Source of the DNA: Pseudomonadota bacterium | Lineage (GTDB): Bacteria; UBA10199; 2-02-FULL-44-16; JAAZCA01 | Assembly: GCA_043822785.1 (NCBI GenBank) | Contig: JBDRBN010000010.1 | Span: 1 to 36,719, forward strand | Direction of reading: 5' to 3' | Length of the DNA: 36,719 nt | Part shown: piece by piece, positions 10,235-19,300 of the stretch | Position numbering within the stretch: position 1 is the stretch's first letter | Layout: each line of letters starts with the position of its first letter | The notes under the pieces: generated by a model | Database searches by the model: none | The model's input: the letters and a program-made list of their open reading frames with translations, nothing else | Told to the model about the DNA's origin: nothing | Translations under genes and position numbers: made by a program

Positions 10235-10264
10235 AACAGGCTGATTTTTAGCCTGTTTTTTTTT
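10235..10264 (+). terminator. Intrinsic-terminator-like hairpin in the leader of paralog C (copy 3)
   Basis: AACAGGCT-gattttt-AGCCTGTT with a 9-T run (10256-10264), about 25 nt upstream of ATG 10289. Confidence 0.75.
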
Positions 10265-10288
10265 GCAAGAAAATACTTGGAGAGATCA

Positions 10289-12727
10289 ATGTCATACTCC
10301 GCTTCAGCGCTACCGATATTTCCTCATGCCCTGATTCCAATAGGAACTACTCAACCTTCACCTTTATTTATCCTTCCAAGCCGCTCTTCTTGCCCTGTCG
10401 ATCCCTTTAAAAAAGATGAACAAGCTGCTGTTGATCAATTCACTCCATATAAATCTACGGGCATTCTAGTTCCTCTTACTCCATTACAAACGCAAAAGGA
10501 TATACGATCACATTTAAAAGCAGCCCGGCAAGCCCGCGCTAATAACGACAGGCAAAGTGCAGCAGAGCGATATAGAAATGCAGCAGATATTCTTGAAAAA
10601 CCCTTAAGCCAAGCATCCACATCTCCCCTATATAATGAAATTCCTCATGGCCAGGATTTCTATAAAGAAGCACTGTTCGGTGCAGCAGGCTTTTCAGGCC
10701 CTGACCTGGCAGCAGAGAATATAACGAGATTATCTGGATTCATCGATAACCCCCCGCCAGAAACCACTCAGCTCGATTTGGCCAAGGCAAAACTGCTTAA
10801 GACATTCACTCTCTTACAGCACGCTTCATCTGCCCAAGAACCCCAGGCAACTCTTTTTGAGAGGGCTTATCGCTTAGTAGACGAAACCATCGAAACATTC
10901 CCCAGCGATGACAAAGCAAATGATGACGTAATATTTTACGGCAATCTTCTTTCCATTGAAATTCTCACAAGGCTTTTGGCACACGCACATAACCGCGGCG
11001 ATCATAAGGTAGAGTTTAAGTATGCTGACGATATCAAGCAGTGTTTCAAAAGGATCATGGGGCCTGATACGCCGCAAGATAGGTTTGAGATTATAGCAGA
11101 GTACGAAGCTGATGTAATAACACTCATGGCCAGAATCTGTTTATGGGGGCCAGCTCTGGAAATAGGCCGCAGGCTTACAGAACCTGATAGTCCCTTTAAG
11201 AATACACCGGCAGCCAAAAGGCTTCTTTCAGAAAAGATTTTTCAGCCATTTATCGAGGATTATGGCACTGGAAAGGCATTTCTCCAAATAGGCGAAATCA
11301 GGCTTCGTGCAAGAGAGCACGCTGTGAGAAGGCATGTTCTGACGGCGATTGCCTATGCATACTCCGAGAATCTAAAGCAGACAGCTGCCTATGGCGGAAT
11401 AGGTTTATTGACTGGAATCGTAGCTGATCTTGCACTGCTGCAGGGCAGCTATAACATGTTTGCAGGCGCCATGGGAGCTACAATAGCCATCGCATACAAC
11501 CGCCTGCGCAACGGATGGACCACTCCTGAGGCTGTTTATGCAGATGAAATCGGAACTTCCGATCCCACTTGGAAGCAGAGCGCTGTAGATATAGCAAAAT
11601 TCACAATTAAGAGCGGCATCGATGCTGCAGCATGGGCGATCCCTGCAGCAGTTATCGACACAGGCATAGACGGCATTAACATCACCGCTGATACTCTCTC
11701 TAGAGCAGGCGACTTATACTATCGATTCGGCAAGTGGGCAATTACAAGCGCGCCCGCCCTAGTACAGCCCGAAACATATACCGGCCTAATAGATTCAGTA
11801 TCAAATATGGATTCAACCCGAGTTGCTTATCATGCTTATACCGGAGTAGCAGGCTTGCTCTATGCAACTAATCTCTTTTCTTCCAAATCCAGACGCTTCA
11901 CCGACAGGTGGGCCTGGCTGCTTTTGCCCGGCGCAATAATGCTCTCAGCAGATTTAGGGATGCTTATTAGCAACCAACCGCCATGGTTAGATCGAGTGCT
12001 ACATCAGATTACTTCAGGAGATATAAACTCGCTTATGCACGAGAAGTGGTTTGATCGCATGCAGCGCTCAAGCATAGTTGCAGGCGAGATGCTCTTTTTT
12101 ATGCTCACCGCAGGCCTTTTGGCCCTTGAAGACAGAAGATCACCTAGAAAAGTATTTGCATCCATCGCAAAGGTCATAAACCCATTCAGCAAGAACTCCA
12201 GCTATGCCCTGCCTCTGACCGCAGCCTTGCTCGCAAATGTCGGTTCCGCGATGGGCGGAATGATGCAAAAAGGAACCGATCCCAGCACATTGCCGTTTAC
12301 GCTCATGGCGATACAGGGCGCTGCGACCACATTCGGCCTACTGGGTATTGTCATGGGAGTAAGCGGCATATTAAAGGGTACCATTCCTATCGGCCATGGA
12401 ATAAGGGAAGGCTGGCAGGATTCAATTGGCGAGTCAATACACAGAAGGATCGCATCCATTTCCATTGGGGCTTTGACAGCTTTCAATTATCCTTATGCGC
12501 ATAACCGAGTATTCAGATCTTGGACGTGGGATCTTCCAGCTGCAGCGCTACGCACCATGTTAGGCTGGGATACAAACCCAGGGCAGATAGCCATGTCTGC
12601 CACTAATTTTGCTGCTGGTAATGGCACATCCACTGCAACATGGCCAGAAACCGGCGGCACCATGTGGGAACGCGATCAGGTGCTCAAATGGACTAACGAG
12701 GCCAAGGATGCCATTGCAGCAATATAA
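10289..12727 (+). CDS. Paralog C, N-terminal part (interrupted by an in-frame TAA at 12725-12727)
   Basis: GGAG SD at 10279-10282 before ATG 10289 (MSYSASALP, aligning with MSCTAAALP of paralog B). Colinear with paralog B up to the stop. Confidence 0.82.
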   Translation: MSYSASALPIFPHALIPIGTTQPSPLFILPSRSSCPVDPFKKDEQAAVDQFTPYKSTGILVPLTPLQTQKDIRSHLKAARQARANNDRQSAAERYRNAADILEKPLSQASTSPLYNEIPHGQDFYKEALFGAAGFSGPDLAAENITRLSGFIDNPPPETTQLDLAKAKLLKTFTLLQHASSAQEPQATLFERAYRLVDETIETFPSDDKANDDVIFYGNLLSIEILTRLLAHAHNRGDHKVEFKYADDIKQCFKRIMGPDTPQDRFEIIAEYEADVITLMARICLWGPALEIGRRLTEPDSPFKNTPAAKRLLSEKIFQPFIEDYGTGKAFLQIGEIRLRAREHAVRRHVLTAIAYAYSENLKQTAAYGGIGLLTGIVADLALLQGSYNMFAGAMGATIAIAYNRLRNGWTTPEAVYADEIGTSDPTWKQSAVDIAKFTIKSGIDAAAWAIPAAVIDTGIDGINITADTLSRAGDLYYRFGKWAITSAPALVQPETYTGLIDSVSNMDSTRVAYHAYTGVAGLLYATNLFSSKSRRFTDRWAWLLLPGAIMLSADLGMLISNQPPWLDRVLHQITSGDINSLMHEKWFDRMQRSSIVAGEMLFFMLTAGLLALEDRRSPRKVFASIAKVINPFSKNSSYALPLTAALLANVGSAMGGMMQKGTDPSTLPFTLMAIQGAATTFGLLGIVMGVSGILKGTIPIGHGIREGWQDSIGESIHRRIASISIGALTAFNYPYAHNRVFRSWTWDLPAAALRTMLGWDTNPGQIAMSATNFAAGNGTSTATWPETGGTMWERDQVLKWTNEAKDAIAAI

Positions 12728-12757
12728 AAACGACGGCAAAGCGGAGAACTCACCGAC

Positions 12758-13465
12758 ATGGAAGCTCAACTCCTTAAACAAGAAAAGCTTGCACGGCTTC
12801 ACGACTTCTTTACTAAGACCGGACAGGTCATACATCCGCTCCATATACTCATGCCCCATGGTTCAACCGGGGCTCCGCTTTGGCCCTTGATATCCTGGAC
12901 AAGGGGCGGCTTCCCGCCGAAGTTTCCACACGTGCCCAACAGGCATCTGTATGCAAATCTCCACCAGCTCATAAACGGAGGTAATGCCGAAAAACTAAAT
13001 GGGGATCAGATGCAAGCGCTTTTGGAGTACGTGGGCGTGTATGCTCAAGACCCAAACCATCATAGGATTTTAAGACCCATTGCTCAAACATTGGCAATGG
13101 CAAGGGCAAGCGAACAACATGGAGAGAGAATAAATGAGTTCTTTCAAAATAACCCTTGGATCCCAGAGTTATTGAACGTGGACTTCAATTCACATACACC
13201 TCCATCAGATCGTTACCGCCGTAACGTGCGGCGAGCTTTGCGCAAAGCTACAAAAGTGCCCTTTGAAAGATATCAGGAATGGACAAAGAGCCACACGGCC
13301 CAACAGGGAGGCGCCGATCACCTTGACGACATGTTCACTGTACGGTCTCTTGATTCAAAAGCTACGGTGTTCAAAGCTTCTGCGCTCTCAACACAGGGCG
13401 ATGATTTGCTTCCTGCTGGAGCCAAACAAATCAAGACTCCTGCAAAGCCAACTAGAAAGAGATAA
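12758..13465 (+). CDS. Paralog C, C-terminal part (same reading frame as 10289-12727)
   Basis: HPLH, PPKFPHVPNRHLYANLHQLINGG and LRPIAQTLA match the paralog B C-terminus (PPTFPHMPNGHMYANLHQIINGG). In frame with the upstream fragment. Confidence 0.75.
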   Translation: MEAQLLKQEKLARLHDFFTKTGQVIHPLHILMPHGSTGAPLWPLISWTRGGFPPKFPHVPNRHLYANLHQLINGGNAEKLNGDQMQALLEYVGVYAQDPNHHRILRPIAQTLAMARASEQHGERINEFFQNNPWIPELLNVDFNSHTPPSDRYRRNVRRALRKATKVPFERYQEWTKSHTAQQGGADHLDDMFTVRSLDSKATVFKASALSTQGDDLLPAGAKQIKTPAKPTRKR

Positions 13466-13470
13466 TCATT

Positions 13471-14847
13471 ATGGGTAAAAAAGATTTTGCAGAAGAATTT
13501 GTGAATTCACCCCGGCCTCACATTCTCATGGTAACAAACCACGGCATGCACGATTGGGAAGTGCGCTCAGGGCTTACAGATACGGGCGGCCAGAACCATT
13601 ATGTAAACCACCTCTCAGACACGCTCGTTTGCATGGGCTTTAAAGTCACCACTCTCAACCGCGGCGGTTTTTTAGATCCCATCACAAAACAAATGCGCGA
13701 AGGAGCGATCTACAAGGATGAAAACTCACGCATAGTTTATCTAAAGGGCGGCGGAAACAAGTTCATCCGCAAAGAAGATCTAAATAAAGTGATCATAGGC
13801 GAAGAAGTTGAGTATGCGAACGAGTTTTTTTCAAAAGAGAGATTGAACTGCAAGCTCATCATCTCTCATTATTGGGATGGGGCTATGCTCGCCCATATGC
13901 TCAAAGAGCGAATGAACATCAAAGCAAAACACATCTGGGTTCCTCACTCCCTTGGCGCACTTAAAAAGGAAAACTACAAGAATAAACCAAAAGAAGTTAT
14001 CGAAGCATGCCGCTTTGAGGAACGCATAGCATATGAAAACGAACTATTGCCTAAGTGCGATGCCGTGGCCTCCACATCAGGCGATATCAGCAGAACCCTA
14101 AAACAATACTATGATCATGAAGCAAAACTATCTCTTCCACCCTGCATTGATACAGATTCCGTGCATCCGATGGAACCTACCCAGTGCAGTAGAATTTATG
14201 ATTTTCTCAAAAAATCCGACCCTGTCTCAGGCAGCAATGTGCTAGGCAAAAAATGCGTGCTGGAAGTAAGCCGCACGGATAAAACAAAAAGAAAAGATTT
14301 ACTGATTAAGGCATTTGCAAAAGCTCATAAATCCAATCCGGAATCCATGCTTCTTCTGACCCTTAGCTCTGATAGCAAAGAGGTATATGACGAATGCATG
14401 ACCCTTATGAAGGCAGAGGGCATACGCGACAAGGTTGTAATTTTAGGAATGATTCCAAGAGACCTCATAAGAGAGCTCTATGCAATAACCACTGTATATT
14501 GTTCTCCATCAGAGATGGAAGGCTTTGGCATGTCTGTACAGGAGGCTTGCGCATGTCGTCGCCCAACTGTCTCATCAAACCTAGTGCCCTTTGCTGTGGA
14601 ATATTTGCTCTCCAACGCACGTGAAGAGAACGTGGGAGGAAAGATACGCTGGGGCGATGCTGGCGTGGTTATAAATGCAGGCAATACAGAAGGTTTTGCA
14701 TATACAATAAGCAAACTTCTCAAGGATAGTGAGCTACGGAATAAAATAGCTGCCAATGCTTATACTACTACAATTCCTTATTTTACGTGGCCAACTCAAA
14801 CGCAAAGAATGCTTACTAAAGTGGGAATTAACATTCCACAAGCATAA
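13471..14847 (+). CDS. GT4 glycosyltransferase, sucrose-phosphate-synthase / mannosylfructose-phosphate-synthase-like
   Basis: Motifs NHG...DTGGQNHYV, FIRKE, SHYWDG, PHSLGALK, R...K (SRTDKTKRK) and EGFGMSVQE (E-x7-E), characteristic of the SPS/SuSy/MfpsA branch of GT4. Confidence 0.85.
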   Translation: MGKKDFAEEFVNSPRPHILMVTNHGMHDWEVRSGLTDTGGQNHYVNHLSDTLVCMGFKVTTLNRGGFLDPITKQMREGAIYKDENSRIVYLKGGGNKFIRKEDLNKVIIGEEVEYANEFFSKERLNCKLIISHYWDGAMLAHMLKERMNIKAKHIWVPHSLGALKKENYKNKPKEVIEACRFEERIAYENELLPKCDAVASTSGDISRTLKQYYDHEAKLSLPPCIDTDSVHPMEPTQCSRIYDFLKKSDPVSGSNVLGKKCVLEVSRTDKTKRKDLLIKAFAKAHKSNPESMLLLTLSSDSKEVYDECMTLMKAEGIRDKVVILGMIPRDLIRELYAITTVYCSPSEMEGFGMSVQEACACRRPTVSSNLVPFAVEYLLSNAREENVGGKIRWGDAGVVINAGNTEGFAYTISKLLKDSELRNKIAANAYTTTIPYFTWPTQTQRMLTKVGINIPQA

Positions 14848-14881
14848 GCAATAATAGGAATTTAATACCAAGGAGACTCCG

Positions 14882-16300
14882 ATGGCAAATCCCTTCAAGC
14901 TTCTAGCAGTCGCTCCTCATGCTGAACCCATTAAGGATGAGGACAAGGCGAAAAAGATCTACAAACACTTTAGGTTCCGCATCCTTTACTCCATGATCGT
15001 GGGCTATGCTGTTTACTACTTTGTCAGGGCCAACTTCTCTATGGCCATGCCCGTATTTCTCAAGGATCTGGGTTATACAAAAACAGATCTCGGTATCGTT
15101 CTTACGCTCTTCTCGATCGTATACGGCTTTGGCAAATTTATTAACGGTGTCATGGCAGACCGCGCCAACGCAAGATATCTAATGGCAATGGGTCTTTTCA
15201 TGGCCGGCATCGTAAACTTCTTCTTTGGTTTAAGTTCCGGCATCATGACTTTTAGCATTCTGTGGCTTATAAACGCATGGTTTCAGTCTTATGGAATGCC
15301 TGCCAGCGTGCGCCTTCTCACCCACTGGTACAGCCCAACCGAGCTTGGCACAAAATGGGGCCTGCAGAGCACAGCGCATCAGATCGGAAGCGCAGGAATA
15401 ATGATCTTCTGCGGTTATCTCATTCCAGCCTATGGCTGGCGCTACGCATTCTTTATACCATCTGTTATTGCCATCATCTGTGCGTTCTGGTTAATAAATC
15501 GTCTGCGCGACACACCACAGTCCATCGGCCTACCCCCTGTTGAGGAATATCGCAACGAGGCACATATAACAGATCCTGACGAAGACCAGGCAAAATCTTT
15601 TAAAGAAATCTTCAAGGGTCATATTCTCAAGAACAGACTTTTGTGGACAGTGGCCTGCGCAAACATATTCGTCTATATAGTCCGCATAGGCATCCGCGAT
15701 TGGTCACCCACCTTTCTTGTAGAAACCAGGGGCTCAACGCTTGCCAGCGCCGGTTTTAAGACTGCAGGCTTTGAACTCGCTGGCATCATAGGAGCAATCG
15801 GTGCTGGTTGGGTTTCTGATAAAGTATTCAAGGGCAGGCGCGGTCCAATGGCAGTGGTATGCATGTTCCTGCTCATGTGCGCAGTCATTGGCCTGTGGCT
15901 AATACCACCGGGCTATCCGATGTTAGATGCTGCCCTTCTTATCTCTGCAGGAGTTCTCGTTTACGGACCACAGCTTTTGGTGCCAGTAGCTGCTGCAGAT
16001 TTTGCTTCTAAAAAGGCCGCGTCAACCGCAACAGGCCTTACCGGTGCATTTGGTTATATAGGAAGTGCTCTCACAGGAGTGGGCACAGGCGTTCTCGTAG
16101 ATAAGTGGGGCTGGAACGGCGGCTTTATCTTCTTTGCCTCAGCAGCTGCTATAGGCATGCTTCTCTTCTTAAGCCTTGGCACGCGTAGAGCAGCACAGCT
16201 TGAGAAATATCATAACTCCAAAAAAGAAGAGAAAGAAATAGCAACTGCTCTTGAGGTTAAGCAATCTGATTACACTGCGCCGGTTACAGAAACGACCTAG
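14882..16300 (+). CDS. MFS organophosphate:Pi antiporter (OPA; GlpT/UhpT/PgtP family), second copy
   Basis: AAGGAG SD. Motifs GYAVYYFVRANFS, YGFGKF, LLTHWYSPTELGTKWG, RDTPQSIGLPPVEEY, FVYIVR, SDKVFKGRRGP, VYGPQLL. Confidence 0.93.
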   Translation: MANPFKLLAVAPHAEPIKDEDKAKKIYKHFRFRILYSMIVGYAVYYFVRANFSMAMPVFLKDLGYTKTDLGIVLTLFSIVYGFGKFINGVMADRANARYLMAMGLFMAGIVNFFFGLSSGIMTFSILWLINAWFQSYGMPASVRLLTHWYSPTELGTKWGLQSTAHQIGSAGIMIFCGYLIPAYGWRYAFFIPSVIAIICAFWLINRLRDTPQSIGLPPVEEYRNEAHITDPDEDQAKSFKEIFKGHILKNRLLWTVACANIFVYIVRIGIRDWSPTFLVETRGSTLASAGFKTAGFELAGIIGAIGAGWVSDKVFKGRRGPMAVVCMFLLMCAVIGLWLIPPGYPMLDAALLISAGVLVYGPQLLVPVAAADFASKKAASTATGLTGAFGYIGSALTGVGTGVLVDKWGWNGGFIFFASAAAIGMLLFLSLGTRRAAQLEKYHNSKKEEKEIATALEVKQSDYTAPVTETT

Positions 16301-16329
16301 CATTTACATTTAGTATGTTGAGAATAACG

Positions 16330-16360
16330 AACGGCCGTGTGAATGCGCGGCCGTTTTTTT
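16330..16360 (+). terminator. Intrinsic terminator between the convergent transporter and fusion genes
   Basis: AACGGCCGTGT-gaat-GCGCGGCCGTT (two G-U pairs) followed by a T run. Confidence 0.75.
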
Positions 16361-19300
16361 AGTTCTGGTTTGCCGCAAGCTGCTCTGCCATGACTTGCAT
16401 AGCCTTATCAGGTGGGGTAATTCGTCCTGACTCAACAAGTCTCTTAAGAGACTGCCACGTGCCAATATCAGACCACTCTGATAAAAATGGAAGCACGTAA
16501 ACATTGCCCTCTTGGGATGCAGGTTCCATGAGGGCATAGTCTATTGATATGCCGTTTAATGAGCCAAAATAACGCTTCATAACCTCAGCAGTAAGCGGCT
16601 GGTTGTGTGGCACACTGCCATATACTGCATCAAGACCTGCATGCATGACAGGCTGATATATTTCAAGGTGACGAAGAAAATCGCTTGCAGTCCATACAAA
16701 CATCCCGCTGTTCCACAGAAAATTGCCACGGTCAATATAGGAGCGCGCCACCTCTAGCGTAGGCTTTTCAACAAAACGCCTTACATTATAGACTCCGTCA
16801 GACACACTTCTCTTAGCTTCAGCCATCTCACCCCTTTCTATGTAGCCGTATTCAGATGAAGGCCAGGTGGGTGGAATGCCAAAGGTAATAAGCCCGCCGC
16901 TTAAGGCAGCAAACTCCGCAGCTTCTTGAACTTGCTGCAAGAAGATCTCTGCGCTGCCAATGTAATGATCAGAAGGAACGATTACAGCTATGGCGTTAGA
17001 ATTACGGGCTGCAATACGGTGCATGAACGTTGCAATTGCCGGCGCTGTATTTTTTTGTACTGGCTCTCCTATAATGTTGCTTCTAGGTATGTTTGGAAGT
17101 TGCTCTGCCACAAGGCCAGCATAGCGCTCGTTTGTGGATACCCACATGTTCTCAGGGGGCACATCTATCCCTTCTCCATTTGTGGCATCCAAAAACCTTC
17201 CGGCTGTTACCTGGATCATGCTGCGATTTTTTTCTGTAACAGGCAGGAATTGTTTGGGCATGTCATCAGAGCTGTATGGACGAAACCTGGTTCCACTGCC
17301 ACCTGCAAGAACAATCACATGAAGCGGCGGCGATACAGTTTGATCAAATCTGCGGGACGCCGGCGCTCTGTCAGTGCCAGGATACACAGCAGCTCCGCTG
17401 TAAAATAAAGCATTTACCTGATCCACAAATCTTTTGGTAAGAGGATCCCATTGGTACTGTCTGCCAATGGATAGCGCCTTCTTGGCCATCTCCCGCGCAG
17501 CTGGAGGATTGTCTATGAGCCCTTGTAACTCTTCTGCGTACAGCTTTGGCTCATTATTTTGTCCTACCTTTATGATTCTTGCAGCTTTGTCGGTACGCGC
17601 CAAATGCGTTGCATAAGGAGTGTATGATGAGGCCACAAGCGGTAAACCACCGCTGGTTCCATCCTGAACTGCCATGCCCCAACCTTCCATGCGCGATGCG
17701 CTGGCAACGATTGCAAGGCGAAATTGCCGGTCATCCTCTCCATGAGGAAGGCTCATAAGAGGCCCCATGTGTTCATCCGGTACCATGCCAAGTAAAAATA
17801 CGCGATCCCCAAGTCCCAACTCATCTATCTTCTTGGCCAGCTTATTATAAACCCCCTTGCCATCCTTTTTGCCGGTGATGAACAGGATGGTGTTTTCTGG
17901 AAGGTGTTGCATGGCTTCGATGAGTATGTGCTTTCTCTTTGTAGCATCCATTCGACCTGCTTCTACTATAACATTGTATTTCTGAGGATTGCTAACAAGC
18001 TCATGGAGCAGGTCCTCGGGTACCACTTTTCTTTCTGCCATATCTGCAAACAGCGCTTTCATATCTGAAACATCCACGCTATCGCGCGGATAGTATTTTT
18101 CCGGATCTGTTCCAGGTTGAAAATCAACCGAATATGTAGTTATTGTCATGCCTAGCTCTGAAGCTGTTTGTCTTATCTCATTTGATGTTACGCCGACTAC
18201 CGCTGCTGGGGTAAGATTTGGATACATTATTGCCGACTTATCAAATCCACTCAAAGCCCCGCCCAAAAGGGCCCTCTCATATATTTCCCTTTGATCAAGC
18301 TTCAAGCTTAAATAATATTCTGGATCAGCTTCAAGATCACCCGCATCTATGACCCTCTGCTCCTTAAGCCTACCCAATGAATGGGGTGTCCATACATGGC
18401 GGTTAATTGCATTCAGCTGGCGCTGAAGCGCTTGTGTGTCGCCACCCACTTCCAACAGACGATAACCAATGTTCCAGGCGCTCCCCTCTAAAGGTGTATC
18501 CAGATTAGCAACCAAGCGCTTAACTTTGGCCTCTGGCCAACCCAGCCTTTGACCAGCCCATTTAAGAACTGCTTCTTCATTTATCAAAGGATCATCAAAC
18601 ACATTTTCTTCATCATGTTGATTCTCAGCTTTCCAAGCATCTACAACGCGCTTACCAAAATAATATGGCATGTTGCCCATAAAATTATGGTCTTCAAATG
18701 CATCAATCTTAAAATCATTACCCAACACTGCATCAAAGCGAGCATTTAGATGTTTATTTGCAAGCTCATGCTGCCATGTTCTTACCAATCTCCCGCCCAC
18801 GATGCCTGCATCAACATAATGGCTGTCTATAAACCTAAAATAATCCCAAGGATCCTTTCCCTGTGTGGAGGCTTCATCTTCAACAAATAAAGAAAGGTTG
18901 CGCGCTATAGTAGGGAGGTCGGAATACAACTCCTCCTTAGGCAAAAAAGGCGCATCTTCCGGCATCACTCCTGGCACATACACATAGCGGATGCGGTCAT
19001 GTGCAAATGCCACTCCCCTTCGCGCTCCATATTCTTCTGTGTCATATTGAAATCTTTTGATCTTTTTCTCACCACCCCTCTCATCTTCCTCCTCAACGAT
19101 CTCATGTGTGAAGGCACGAGTTACAATAGTAACCTTGTAGCCCAGGTTTACGAGAGAGTCTGCCTTTTTAGCAATATAGGTGAGCTGACCACCCGAGTCT
19201 GTTGATCCCATGGGCACCTTAGGGCCGGCATAACCCTGTGTGTTTATCAGAAGAACGTGAGGACGCTCACTTTTTACAAATGCAGCGTTTTGCGCCTGAA

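Noticed and set aside
12609..12890. Programmed frameshift via the 93 aa alternative-frame ORF bridging the paralog C break
   Set aside because: Both fragments are in the same frame and the intervening codons align with paralog B; no shift is needed.
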